This document shows positions 50,652 through 59,569 of a DNA stretch of 64,000 nucleotides, piece after piece. The notes beneath the pieces are model-generated. The model was not told the DNA's origin and searched no databases. It saw only the letters and a list, made by a program, of their open reading frames with translations. Each line of letters begins with the position of its first letter. Within the stretch, counting starts at the first letter, position 1. Position numbers and translations under genes: made by a program. The DNA comes from an uncultured Acidobacteriota bacterium (GTDB taxonomy: Bacteria; Acidobacteriota; UBA6911; RPQK01; JAPXNP01): contig CAVZRV010000013.1 of NCBI GenBank assembly GCA_963777605.1, positions 32,001 through 96,000 on the forward strand, given 5' to 3'.

Positions 50652-52289
50652 TCAGTTGGCGCCTTGAATGATTTTGAGAACCTGGTTGGCCGGGACATTC
50701 TCGAGTTTCTGGGTCTCTCCTCCCGGCCATCGAATCTCAATTGAGTCCACCTTCTGCGCTTTTCCCAGTCCGAAGTGGAGCCGGGAATCGACCTCTGAGA
50801 GGTATCCCCGGACGGGTTGAACGTTTTCGATTTGTCGCAGCGAATCAACCTGGACGGTGACCCGCGCGCCCAGAGCATCCCGCTCGGGGCCGGGGAGCTT
50901 CGGGACGACCTTAATCCAGTTGTTCTCGTTGCCACCGTCGTTGCGCAGCAACTTGGCGCGATCGTTCAGGTTGACGATCACCAAGTCGAGATCCCCGTCG
51001 TTGTCAAAATCGCCGAAGGTGGATCCCCGTCCAACCATTTTTACCCTGAAATAGTCTCCGGAGCGGTCGGAAACATCGTTGAAAACACCGGTGCCGTCGT
51101 TGTGAAGCAGCACATCCTCCTCGGTGTACTCGTGGTGAGCGTTGCCGTTGGAGACAAAGAGGTCGAGGTAGCCGTCATTGTCGTAGTCCACCAGGAGACC
51201 GCCCCAGCCGGTGTACTGACCGCAGGTGATGGCGACCTTGGAGCGGGTGGTCTGGTCTTCGAAGAACTCTCCCTGGTTCATTAGGAGACTGCTGTAGCCC
51301 ATGTCGGGGACGTAGATGTCCAGCAGTTGATTGCGGTCGATATCGCCCGGAAAGGGGCCCATCGAGGAAACGCCCTGTCCATGTTCGCCGAACGCCAAAC
51401 CCAGGAAGAGTCCCTTTTCGACGAAGGTCCCCTTTCCGGTGTTCTCGAAGTAGTAGTTTTCGGTGGCATCGTTGGCGACGTAGATGTCCATGTAGCCATC
51501 GCCGTTGAGATCGGCGGCGGTGGCACTCATGGCACGCCCGTTGTCCTTGAATACGCCTGCCTCACGGGCGACGTTAGTGAACGTGCCGTCGCCGTTGTTC
51601 CGATAGAGCGCATCGCTCTCGGCGCTGTAGCTCAGGGGGCCAGGGTAGCCGGCCGCGGCGTAGTAGGCCCGGAACTTTCCGTCATCGTAACGCAGGTAGT
51701 TGGCCACGTAGACGTCGAGGTCACCGTCATTGTCGTAATCGAGCCAGGGAGCGGAAAGGCTCCAGTTGGGGTCGGCCAGGCCCGCCTCTTTCGCAACGTC
51801 GGTAAACGTGCCGTCGCCGTTGTTCCGGTAGAGGACGTTCGAGCCGTAGTTCAAAACGTAGATGTCCACGTCCCCGTCGGCGTCGAAATCGACGGCGGAG
51901 CAGCCGAAGCTGGGACTTGGATCGCCAACCCCTGCCGAGTCGGTGACATCGGTGAAGGTGCCGTCCCCGTTGTTTCGGTAGAGATGGTTGAAGAGCTTTC
52001 CGCGCAGCTTCCGGCCACGGTTGTCGCTGATGGATTTGTCCCAGGAACCGTTCGGGAAGTAGAGGTCGAACCAGCCGTCGTTGTTGTAGTCGAGGAAGCA
52101 TGCCCCGGCACCGGTCCCCTCAACGATGTTGGTCAGGTCGAAATCGCCGAAGCTGTGTTTGAAGTCAATTCCCGCAGAGTCGGTGACGTCCACAAAAACC
52201 GGCAGGTTCGCCGGGTTCTGGGCCTGTCCCAGCGATCCGGCAATCGCCAGCGCGAACAAGAATAGGCATGGTCGGCGAAAGCACCTCAT
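50652..52289 (-). CDS. CRTAC1-family protein (FG-GAP/VCBS repeats + ASPIC/UnbV)
   Basis: FVDVTDSAGI, DYNNDGWFDLY, LYRNNGDGTFTDV repeats and GYLS..DSRLHFGLG...IRWPGG. Confidence 0.92.
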   Translation of the reverse strand: MRCFRRPCLFLFALAIAGSLGQAQNPANLPVFVDVTDSAGIDFKHSFGDFDLTNIVEGTGAGACFLDYNNDGWFDLYFPNGSWDKSISDNRGRKLRGKLFNHLYRNNGDGTFTDVTDSAGVGDPSPSFGCSAVDFDADGDVDIYVLNYGSNVLYRNNGDGTFTDVAKEAGLADPNWSLSAPWLDYDNDGDLDVYVANYLRYDDGKFRAYYAAAGYPGPLSYSAESDALYRNNGDGTFTNVAREAGVFKDNGRAMSATAADLNGDGYMDIYVANDATENYYFENTGKGTFVEKGLFLGLAFGEHGQGVSSMGPFPGDIDRNQLLDIYVPDMGYSSLLMNQGEFFEDQTTRSKVAITCGQYTGWGGLLVDYDNDGYLDLFVSNGNAHHEYTEEDVLLHNDGTGVFNDVSDRSGDYFRVKMVGRGSTFGDFDNDGDLDLVIVNLNDRAKLLRNDGGNENNWIKVVPKLPGPERDALGARVTVQVDSLRQIENVQPVRGYLSEVDSRLHFGLGKAQKVDSIEIRWPGGETQKLENVPANQVLKIIQGAN

Positions 52290-54205
52290 TCATCCCCTCC
52301 TGAAAGTCTCTTCTGCTCCATCTCAACTGCGTTCTGCACCCGGGATCCGCCATGAGCACCCAGATCGATCCACTCAATCATCACCTGGGCGTGTGCCGGT
52401 TGCACCAGCGGTTTCCCCATATTGGGCGGGCCCTCGTTCTGATTCGGCACTGTCCCGTCCCAGGGAAGAGTAGTGATTTTGCCCAGGATGTGCCAGACCA
52501 GGGGACTGGTTCGGGCCCGGCCCGGGTCGATCCAGCGTTTTTCCCCGCCTTCCGAACCCGGGTTTCCGCCATTCAATCGCGCGTAAATTCTTGCGACATA
52601 CCCACTGGAATCCGTCCGGCCGTCGGGAGGACGGAAGTCCGCCCCCGAAGTTCCCCCGGAATGGCATGACTCGGTCGTGCATCCCTTCTGGATAACCGGA
52701 AGGACATCCCGCTGGAAATCGACATAGCGGCGCAGGTGGGCGGGCGCGGTCAGCCGGACGGGAGGCTTCTTCACCGCATCGACAAACCGGTTGTCCGGGA
52801 CCAGTTCTCCGTCTTCGTGGCAGCCGATGCATCCACGAGGTTCCTTGTTCCTGGCCCAGATCCAGCCGCAACTCTTGAGGGACATCCCCTTGTCGTCAAT
52901 GAGTTGCAGCTGGACCGGCGTGTTGGCCGGCACCTCGAAGAAGACGGAGCCGTCGGCTTCCAGGGGAACCTCACCGAGGATACGTTTGGGAATCATCGAA
53001 TCCCTGGATTCGGAATGAGCCGGCAGGCCCTCGAGGACGCGCACGCGCCTGGCGAGGGACTGCAGTTGTGTCCCATTCTTCAGATCGTTGATGCCGACGT
53101 TGAGGCAGTAGAACTGCCCGAAGGGATGGTTCTCGTTGACCACGCTGGAGCGGCCGTCGGGTTGGGGGCGAGCTTTGACTAGGCGCCCGTAAAGCAGGTT
53201 GCTGGATGAACTGGACAGCCAGGGCGTGAAGGTCCCGCTTTCCGGGTCCAGTTTCACGACTTCGAAACGTGAAGAGCCGGCCGAGGCTTTCCGGGAAACC
53301 AGGATCGAACCGTCCGGAAGCGGGGCGGGGGAGTAGAAAATCCCCTCTGCCGGCCCGGTGAGTCTTCGATAGGTGTGCATCGGGCGCCGAAGCGAGACCG
53401 AGCCCAGGGTTCCCCCGATGGCCCCCGCGTCGAGAGCCGATTCGACGAACACGGCCAGGTCATGGGTCGTCACCGTGGGCATTTGCTGGACCGGCGATCC
53501 CTGCAAGCCGGAAAAGGCGACCAGGTCGGTGCCGTCAACGTTCATGTTGAAGATCCGGGTCTGGCCGGCATCGCTTGCAGCAGTCCCGGCCCGCCGGCTC
53601 GAGAAGAGGATGCGACCGTCCCAACAAAGGAAGGGATCTTCGTCGGAGGACGGGTTATAGGTGATCCGCTTGATCTCGCTCCCGTCGAGTTGGCAGGAAT
53701 AAAGGTTGAGGGCTTTGCCGGTGCCCCGCTCGTTGTACTCACCTGCCGCGTCACTGACAAAGAGGATCTGAAGCCACGGCTCGTTCGCCGTGATGATGTA
53801 GTAGGCTGACAGGTAGATCGGAGAGCGACAGTTTCCGGAGTCGCGGGTGACCTGCCGGGTCTTTCCCGAATCAATCTCGTACTCGAAAATGTTCCAGGGT
53901 TCGCCGGCTGAGGGCCTTCCGGAAAAAAGGATCCGCTTCCCGTCGTAGGAGACGTCAGGTTCGCAGGCGCTCTCGAAACCCTTGCTGACGGCAACCGTTC
54001 GGCCGTCCGGATAGCGCAGTACTAAGCGGGCCCCGTCACAGACCTCGGAACGCTGAACTTTTGCCGGGGAGACGGAAGGCGGAAGCGCTCGTGCTTCCAC
54101 CAGGACGGTTGGTTCGGGGGGGGCGGGGGATTGCGCCCAGACCAACCCCGACACTCCGAAAACGATGAGAGAGAAAGAGAGGAGACCTCGCATTTCACGA
54201 GTCAT
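52286..54205 (-). CDS. Hydrazine synthase alpha subunit-like protein (TolB-like propeller + HZS_alpha middle domain + heme c)
   Basis: EPDVSYDGKRILFS propeller; ILGEVPLEADGSVFFEVPANTPVQLQLIDDKGMS...WIWARNKEPRGCIGCHE; second motif CTTESCH; EWIDLGA end. Confidence 0.85.
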   Translation of the reverse strand: MTREMRGLLSFSLIVFGVSGLVWAQSPAPPEPTVLVEARALPPSVSPAKVQRSEVCDGARLVLRYPDGRTVAVSKGFESACEPDVSYDGKRILFSGRPSAGEPWNIFEYEIDSGKTRQVTRDSGNCRSPIYLSAYYIITANEPWLQILFVSDAAGEYNERGTGKALNLYSCQLDGSEIKRITYNPSSDEDPFLCWDGRILFSSRRAGTAASDAGQTRIFNMNVDGTDLVAFSGLQGSPVQQMPTVTTHDLAVFVESALDAGAIGGTLGSVSLRRPMHTYRRLTGPAEGIFYSPAPLPDGSILVSRKASAGSSRFEVVKLDPESGTFTPWLSSSSSNLLYGRLVKARPQPDGRSSVVNENHPFGQFYCLNVGINDLKNGTQLQSLARRVRVLEGLPAHSESRDSMIPKRILGEVPLEADGSVFFEVPANTPVQLQLIDDKGMSLKSCGWIWARNKEPRGCIGCHEDGELVPDNRFVDAVKKPPVRLTAPAHLRRYVDFQRDVLPVIQKGCTTESCHSGGTSGADFRPPDGRTDSSGYVARIYARLNGGNPGSEGGEKRWIDPGRARTSPLVWHILGKITTLPWDGTVPNQNEGPPNMGKPLVQPAHAQVMIEWIDLGAHGGSRVQNAVEMEQKRLSGGDE

Positions 54206-54311
54206 ACAACAAATCCTGAATAGACTCGACCCGCCGCGTGCTCGTTGGCCATGAGAGTGAGGCACTCGGGCCGAATGACAGTGTCTCGGTCTCGGAATCG
54301 CAGAAGACGAA

Positions 54312-54899
54312 CTACTCTTCCCGCTTCAGCATCGCAATGGCCTCGATCTCGACAAGCAGATCCTCACGGCAAAGCCTGGCCTGGATTCCGACACTCGCCG
54401 GCAGAGGGCTCAGTTCGAGGTAATTGAAGAAGGCGTTTCGGACCCGGTTGAATTCTTCGTAATCGCGCTCGATATCACGCAGATAGCAGGTGCATTTCAC
54501 GATATCGCGCCAGGTTGCCCCCTGGGCGGTGAGCAGTTCGGTGATATTCCGGTAGGTACGCCAGCACTGGGCGCGAAAATTGCCTTTGTGGACCGTGTCT
54601 CCTTTTTCGTCGACACTGGCGGTTCCCGAAATGAAAATCAGGTCGTGGTTGCCCATCTCGATGCGAAGGCCGCGCGAGAAGGCCGAACCGTAGTCATACG
54701 CTTCGTTCAGGACGGTGGAGGCGGAGACCGCCTGCCGTGTGACGGACGTGAACCCCGGTTGGTGTGCGACCTCGAGCAACGGTCGAACTGAGCCAGAAGA
54801 AGAGAGCAGGCCGAGAGCGACCAATTCCTGTCTTTCACCTTTAGTCAGGTTGCCAAATCCCGCCAGAATGTCGTCGCGCACGCTCACCAATGTGCTCAT
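54312..54899 (-). CDS. Rid/YjgF-family protein (Rid7/FkbO-Hyg5-like single domain)
   Basis: SAFSRG, IFISGTASVD, YLRD, FNRVR and IQARLCREDLLVEIEAIA motifs. Confidence 0.85.
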   Translation of the reverse strand: MSTLVSVRDDILAGFGNLTKGERQELVALGLLSSSGSVRPLLEVAHQPGFTSVTRQAVSASTVLNEAYDYGSAFSRGLRIEMGNHDLIFISGTASVDEKGDTVHKGNFRAQCWRTYRNITELLTAQGATWRDIVKCTCYLRDIERDYEEFNRVRNAFFNYLELSPLPASVGIQARLCREDLLVEIEAIAMLKREE

Positions 54900-54960
54900 T
54901 TACCGGTCCCTCCCAATCAGCATGTTTAAGAAGTACAGAATTCACCCACGGCTTCAGAAC

Positions 54961-54976
54961 AGCAAGATCAGTGCCA
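54961..54976 (-). promoter_or_regulatory. Sigma54 (-24/-12) promoter
   Basis: The minus strand reads TGGCAC-TGATC-TTGCT with exact consensus spacing, ~60 bp upstream of the Rid start codon. An AT-rich tract lies just upstream at ~55013-55040. Confidence 0.8.
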
Positions 54977-55341
54977 GCATTCCAACTTTCTGAACGGAGC
55001 CCTCTAAGCCCTGAAAAAGAAATAGTTTATATAAAAAGTACGGTTTGCCGGGCCGCGCCTCGTGGAAAGCCTGTTCATAGATTCTATGGGCACCGGGATA
55101 CAAGCCGGCACCCTGGACCGGTCGGGCCCGCGGCAACAGGGAGCCGACTAACTTGTGGCGAATGAGTAGATTAGCCTTGAAGCCCTGAAGAAGGGCGGCT
55201 CCCGCATATACATGAGATGTAATTCGTACAATATGTGTTAACTCAAGATCTACATCGCGCGTTGGGGATTTGGTTTTCGGTCGCCGGCCCGAACCATCGG
55301 TGTTATGATGCTCTCCTGCCGCCCGGCGGGACCATTTTGAC

Positions 55342-55370
55342 TTGAGCCCGACCACGTCCTTTCATATGAT
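55342..55370 (+). promoter_or_regulatory. Putative sigma70 promoter for the molybdoenzyme operon
   Basis: TTGAGC-17 bp-TATGAT, ~80 bp upstream of ATG 55449. Confidence 0.45.
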
Positions 55371-55448
55371 CTAACCTGCGGATCTTTGATTACTTTCAAA
55401 CGGTCTTTGGGAATCTACCGTATACGGAAAAAGACTAGGAGGATTTGA

Positions 55449-56078
55449 ATGCCCAAAGAGAAGAAGCCTGAGATGAGCAGCTCCGGCCTGTCCCGAAGAG
55501 ACTTCTTCAGAAGCGGCACCGTGGCCGGCATGTCGGCGGCACTGGTTTCGCAGAAGTCAGGGCTGGCCAAGAGTGAGGCGGGAACCCAGATTCTGGGCCC
55601 GGACCCGGTGCCAATCAGACTGATCGTCAATGGAAAGCAGCTCAATCTCAAGGTCGAGCCGCGGGTCACCCTGCTGGACGCATTGCGCAACGACCTGGGA
55701 ATAACCGGTGCAAAGAAGGTTTGTGACCGTGGAACGTGTGGTGCGTGCACGGTACTTCTTGACGGAAAGCCGGTTTACTCCTGCTCGGTGTTCGCGATCG
55801 AAGCGCAGGGAAAAGACATCGTCACCGTTGAGGGCCTCGGCACTCCCGACAAGATGCACCCGATACAGGAGGCGTTCGTGGATCACGACGCCCAGCAGTG
55901 CGGGTTCTGTACTTCGGGATTCGTGGTTGCCAGCAAGGCATTTCTGGACAAGAACCCGAATCCGAGCCTGGAGGATATCAACAAGGGTTTGGGCGGTAAC
56001 CTGTGCCGTTGCGGAACCTACGCCGGAATCCGCGGTGCAATCCTGCAGGCGGCTGGGAAAGGAGGAGACAATGCCTGA
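55449..56078 (+). CDS. Molybdenum hydroxylase (2Fe-2S) subunit with Tat signal (PaoA/YagT-like)
   Basis: SRRDFFR; GAKKVCDRGTCGACTV; QCGFCTSG; GNLCRCGTY. Confidence 0.93.
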   Translation: MPKEKKPEMSSSGLSRRDFFRSGTVAGMSAALVSQKSGLAKSEAGTQILGPDPVPIRLIVNGKQLNLKVEPRVTLLDALRNDLGITGAKKVCDRGTCGACTVLLDGKPVYSCSVFAIEAQGKDIVTVEGLGTPDKMHPIQEAFVDHDAQQCGFCTSGFVVASKAFLDKNPNPSLEDINKGLGGNLCRCGTYAGIRGAILQAAGKGGDNA

Positions 56079-58197
56079 TTATAAGTGGCCAGAAGCCGAT
56101 CAACGATGGCGAATCGGCCGCAACGTGTCCCGCGTGGACGGCCCCTCCAAGTCGACCGGATCGGCCGAGTACGCCTATGATGTCCGGCTCTACGGAATGC
56201 TCACCGCGAAAATGCTGACCTGCCCTTACGCTCACGCGCGGATTGTCAGCATCGACAGTTCCGCGGCCGAGAAGTTGCCGGGTGTCAAGGCTGTCAACGT
56301 GATCCAGGGGCCGGGAACGGAAATCCAGTGGGCGGGTGACGAAATCATATCAGTCGCCGCCGAGACCGAGGAGATCGCCCGGGATGCCCTCAAGCTGATC
56401 GACGTCAAATACGAGGTCCTTCCTCACCAGTTGGACGGTGAGAAGAAAGACGCCCCGGACGCCTCGGCGGCCCAGGAACAGGTGGCGGGCGATCCCGACC
56501 AGGGCATGACGAGTGCCGACAAGGTTTCGGAGGGGTACTACGGACTCGAATTGATCTCTCACTGCTGCCATGAATCGCACGGGACCGTGGCCTACTGGGA
56601 GGACGATGACCATCTCGTGGCTTATGCCTCGACCCAGGGAGTGAGCGTTCTGCCGGGTCAGTTCGCTGAAGGCCTGGGTATTCCCGCCGCCAATGCGCGC
56701 GTGATCTGTCAGAACATGGGCGGCGGATTCGGGAGTAAGTTCAGTGCCGACCGTTGGGGCATCGAGTGCGCCAAGCTCGCGCGAATGACCAAGCGGCCGG
56801 TCAAGCTCATGCTCGACCGGGATACGGACCTCCAGGTCGCCGGCGGGCGTCCATCTACATATGCCAGGATCAAGATTGGCGTGAAATCGACCGGCGAGAT
56901 CACGGCCTGGGCCTCCGAAACGTGGGGGACCGGTGGACCGAGCGGGACCAATAGTCCTCCGGTACCGTACGTGGTCGAAGTTCCCAACCGGCGGCACCAG
57001 CATACATCGGTCCCGACCAACACTGGTCCGTCCAGAGCCTGGCGGGCACCCAATCATCCCCAGGCCTGCCTGGTGACGATGGCGGCGATCGAGGATGCCG
57101 CGGCAGCGATCGGGATGGATCCGGTTGACTTCATCATGAAGAACATCCAGATGACCGAACCCCGGTCTCGGGAGTACACGGAAGAACTGCAGATCGGTGC
57201 CGAATTGATGGGCTGGAAGGAGCGCTGGAAGCCACGGGGACAGGGTGGCGACGGACCGGTCAAGCGCGGTCTGGGCGTTTCCCTGCATACTTGGGGCGGG
57301 CGCGGTCACAACAGCAACTGCGAGTTGCTGCTTCATCCCGACAGTTCCGTCGAGATCCGCCTGGGAAGCCAGGACCTCGGGACGGGAACCCGGACCGTCA
57401 TCGCGCTGGTTTGCGCGGACACCTTCGGCCTGGAAGCGAGCGACATCACCGTTCGTATTGGAGACAGTCGTTTTCCGGCTTCTGGCGCTTCCGGTGGAAG
57501 CACCACGGTCGGAGGCGTCAGTTCTACCGCACGGAGGGCGTCTCTGCTGGCTCTCGAGCAGTTGCTGACCCGGGTCGCACCGGAGTTGAACGCCCAGCCA
57601 GGCGAGTTGGAAGCGATCAATGGTCGAATCCAGGTCAAGGATTTTCCGGATCGCTACCTGACCTGGAAAGAAGCAACGTCGATGCTGGGTGTCTCGCCCA
57701 TCAGTGTTACGGGTCAGAATCCCGGCCCCGGGCGCCTGATCGACGGTGGCGTTGGCGGCATCCAGATGGCTGACGTTTCGGTCGATGTGGAAACCGGAAT
57801 CCTCAAGATCAACAAGATGGTCGCTGTCCAGGACTGCGGCCTCATCATCAACATGAAGACGGCCAAGAGCCAGGTTTACGGCGCCCTCATCATGGGAATT
57901 TCCTATTCCCTGGCCGAAGAGCGGATCATGGATCCGACGACCGGCTGGCTTCTCAACGATGACATGGAGTTCTACAAGCTGCCCGGCGTTGGAGACATCG
58001 GCGAGCTGGTCGTTCACATGATGACGGGACCGGGATACGACGAACGCGGCGTGATCGGCCTCGGTGAACCTCCGGTGATTTCTCCGGGGGCGGCGATCTC
58101 CAATGCCGTGGCCAATGCGATCGGAGTCCGGGTGCCTTACCTGCCCCTGACCTCCGATCGGATTCTCCAGGCTCTGGAGAAAGGAGGAGCAGCCTGA
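56071..58197 (+). CDS. Xanthine dehydrogenase-family molybdopterin-binding subunit
   Basis: RVDGPSKSTG, MGGGFGSK, AWRAP, QDLGTGT, SGGSTT and GLGEPP motifs. Confidence 0.93.
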   Translation: MPDYKWPEADQRWRIGRNVSRVDGPSKSTGSAEYAYDVRLYGMLTAKMLTCPYAHARIVSIDSSAAEKLPGVKAVNVIQGPGTEIQWAGDEIISVAAETEEIARDALKLIDVKYEVLPHQLDGEKKDAPDASAAQEQVAGDPDQGMTSADKVSEGYYGLELISHCCHESHGTVAYWEDDDHLVAYASTQGVSVLPGQFAEGLGIPAANARVICQNMGGGFGSKFSADRWGIECAKLARMTKRPVKLMLDRDTDLQVAGGRPSTYARIKIGVKSTGEITAWASETWGTGGPSGTNSPPVPYVVEVPNRRHQHTSVPTNTGPSRAWRAPNHPQACLVTMAAIEDAAAAIGMDPVDFIMKNIQMTEPRSREYTEELQIGAELMGWKERWKPRGQGGDGPVKRGLGVSLHTWGGRGHNSNCELLLHPDSSVEIRLGSQDLGTGTRTVIALVCADTFGLEASDITVRIGDSRFPASGASGGSTTVGGVSSTARRASLLALEQLLTRVAPELNAQPGELEAINGRIQVKDFPDRYLTWKEATSMLGVSPISVTGQNPGPGRLIDGGVGGIQMADVSVDVETGILKINKMVAVQDCGLIINMKTAKSQVYGALIMGISYSLAEERIMDPTTGWLLNDDMEFYKLPGVGDIGELVVHMMTGPGYDERGVIGLGEPPVISPGAAISNAVANAIGVRVPYLPLTSDRILQALEKGGAA

Positions 58198-59177
58198 TGA
58201 ACAAGTTCGAATATGCGAGTCCAAACACAGTCGAAAGCGCCATTCAGCTCCTCGGACCGGAAGCGGCCGTTCTGGCCGGCGGCAGTGACCTGCTGAGCCT
58301 GATGAAGGACGGGGGTGCCGCTCCCAAGCGGCTCGTCAGCATCAAGGCCATTCCGGACCTCTGCGGGATCACCGACCTCGGCAACAAGGGAATCCGCATC
58401 GGAGCCCTGGTGACGATTGACGAGTTCGTGGAACATCCCCTGATCCAGGCCAATTATCCGGCCCTGATTCAGGCCGCCGACGGTATCCGGAGCCACCAGA
58501 TTCAAAGCCTGGGAACCGTCGTGGGTGACCTCTGCCAGCGTCCCCGTTGCTGGTATTTCAGGACCGGCTTCGGTCTTCTCGCCATGAAAGACGGCAAGTC
58601 AATGGTCCTGGACGGCGATAACCGGTATCACGCGATTCTCGGGAATTCCGGGCCGGCCTACTTTGTTAGTCCTTCAACCATCGGCCCTGGGCTGATCGCT
58701 TTGGGGGCGCAGGTCGCCATTCAGGGACCCAAGGGAAGCCGGCAGACTCCGGTCGCCGATTTCTTCCGGATCCCGACTGCAGAAGGGGAGTTGGAACACG
58801 ACCTGGCTCCCGACGAAATCGTAACCGAGATCGTGATTCCTCCGGCTGCCGGCAAAAAGTCGGCAACCTATGAAGTCCGCCAGAAGGAAGCCCTGGACTG
58901 GCCGCTGACGGCCGCCGCAGTTGCTCTCGAAATGGACGGAGACACGGTCAAGGCAGCCAAAGTGGTCCTCGGACACGTGGCGCCCAAGCCCTGGGTAGCG
59001 GACGCTGCAGCTGCGGCCCTCGTTGGCAAATCGGTCAGCGAGGCGACTGCGGCCGCTGCGGGAAAGGCCGCTGTTCAGGGAGCCAAGGCACTGAGCAAGA
59101 ATGGCTACAAGATCAATCTTACTCAGGTGACCGTCAAGCGCGCTGTGCTTCGAGCGGCCGGCAAGGAGGTAGCCTAA
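58197..59177 (+). CDS. Xanthine dehydrogenase-family FAD-binding subunit (PaoB/YagS-like)
   Basis: LAGGSDLL, IRIGALVT, LCQRPRCWYFR, LGHVAPKPW and LSKNGYK motifs. Confidence 0.92.
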   Translation: MNKFEYASPNTVESAIQLLGPEAAVLAGGSDLLSLMKDGGAAPKRLVSIKAIPDLCGITDLGNKGIRIGALVTIDEFVEHPLIQANYPALIQAADGIRSHQIQSLGTVVGDLCQRPRCWYFRTGFGLLAMKDGKSMVLDGDNRYHAILGNSGPAYFVSPSTIGPGLIALGAQVAIQGPKGSRQTPVADFFRIPTAEGELEHDLAPDEIVTEIVIPPAAGKKSATYEVRQKEALDWPLTAAAVALEMDGDTVKAAKVVLGHVAPKPWVADAAAAALVGKSVSEATAAAAGKAAVQGAKALSKNGYKINLTQVTVKRAVLRAAGKEVA

Positions 59178-59383
59178 TGCCAATGGATAAGATCGAACGC
59201 GATGTCTGCAAGCGCCTCCGGACCAAGGGGATGTTCATTGATGCCGAGCCGGAGCCGACCGTTCCCAACACGAGCGACGGTTTCTGCTGGTGCACGCATT
59301 CCATGAACTGCCTCGGTCCTGACGGCAAGGTCGCGACCAAGGAAGTCTGCCGAATCGGAAGAGGCTGCTTCGAGTCTCGCTGA
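59177..59383 (+). CDS. Small Cys-rich protein
   Basis: TAATG overlap with the FAD subunit stop; RBS AAGGAGG; six Cys (C..., CWC, C, C, C). Confidence 0.75.
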   Translation: MPMDKIERDVCKRLRTKGMFIDAEPEPTVPNTSDGFCWCTHSMNCLGPDGKVATKEVCRIGRGCFESR

Positions 59384-59569
59384 GCAGGTGGCTGGTGTTC
59401 TGACTCAGGACACTGGATCGTTCGAATGTAACGGGCGCGGAGGTTCCCCTCATGAGGGACGAGCCTCGCGCCCGTAACTCTGTTTGCTCGCCTTTGGTGA
59501 TGAAGCCGGGCGGTTCGTGTTGTTGTGGGCTCTTCGCCGCCGGTTGGACCACAGGATTCGGAGCGTCCG

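Noticed and set aside
47783-54205. Calling the organism an anammox bacterium or the genes true hzsABC
   Set aside because: The Tyr ligand of HzsA is absent, the catalytic Asp appears replaced, extra domains are fused, and the surrounding genes and GC content do not look like Brocadiales.
56350-58224. Long antisense ORFs (e.g. 624 aa here; also 44094-45503 and 47945-49207)
   Set aside because: They are shadows of well-supported genes on the opposite strand, expected from high-GC codon bias.
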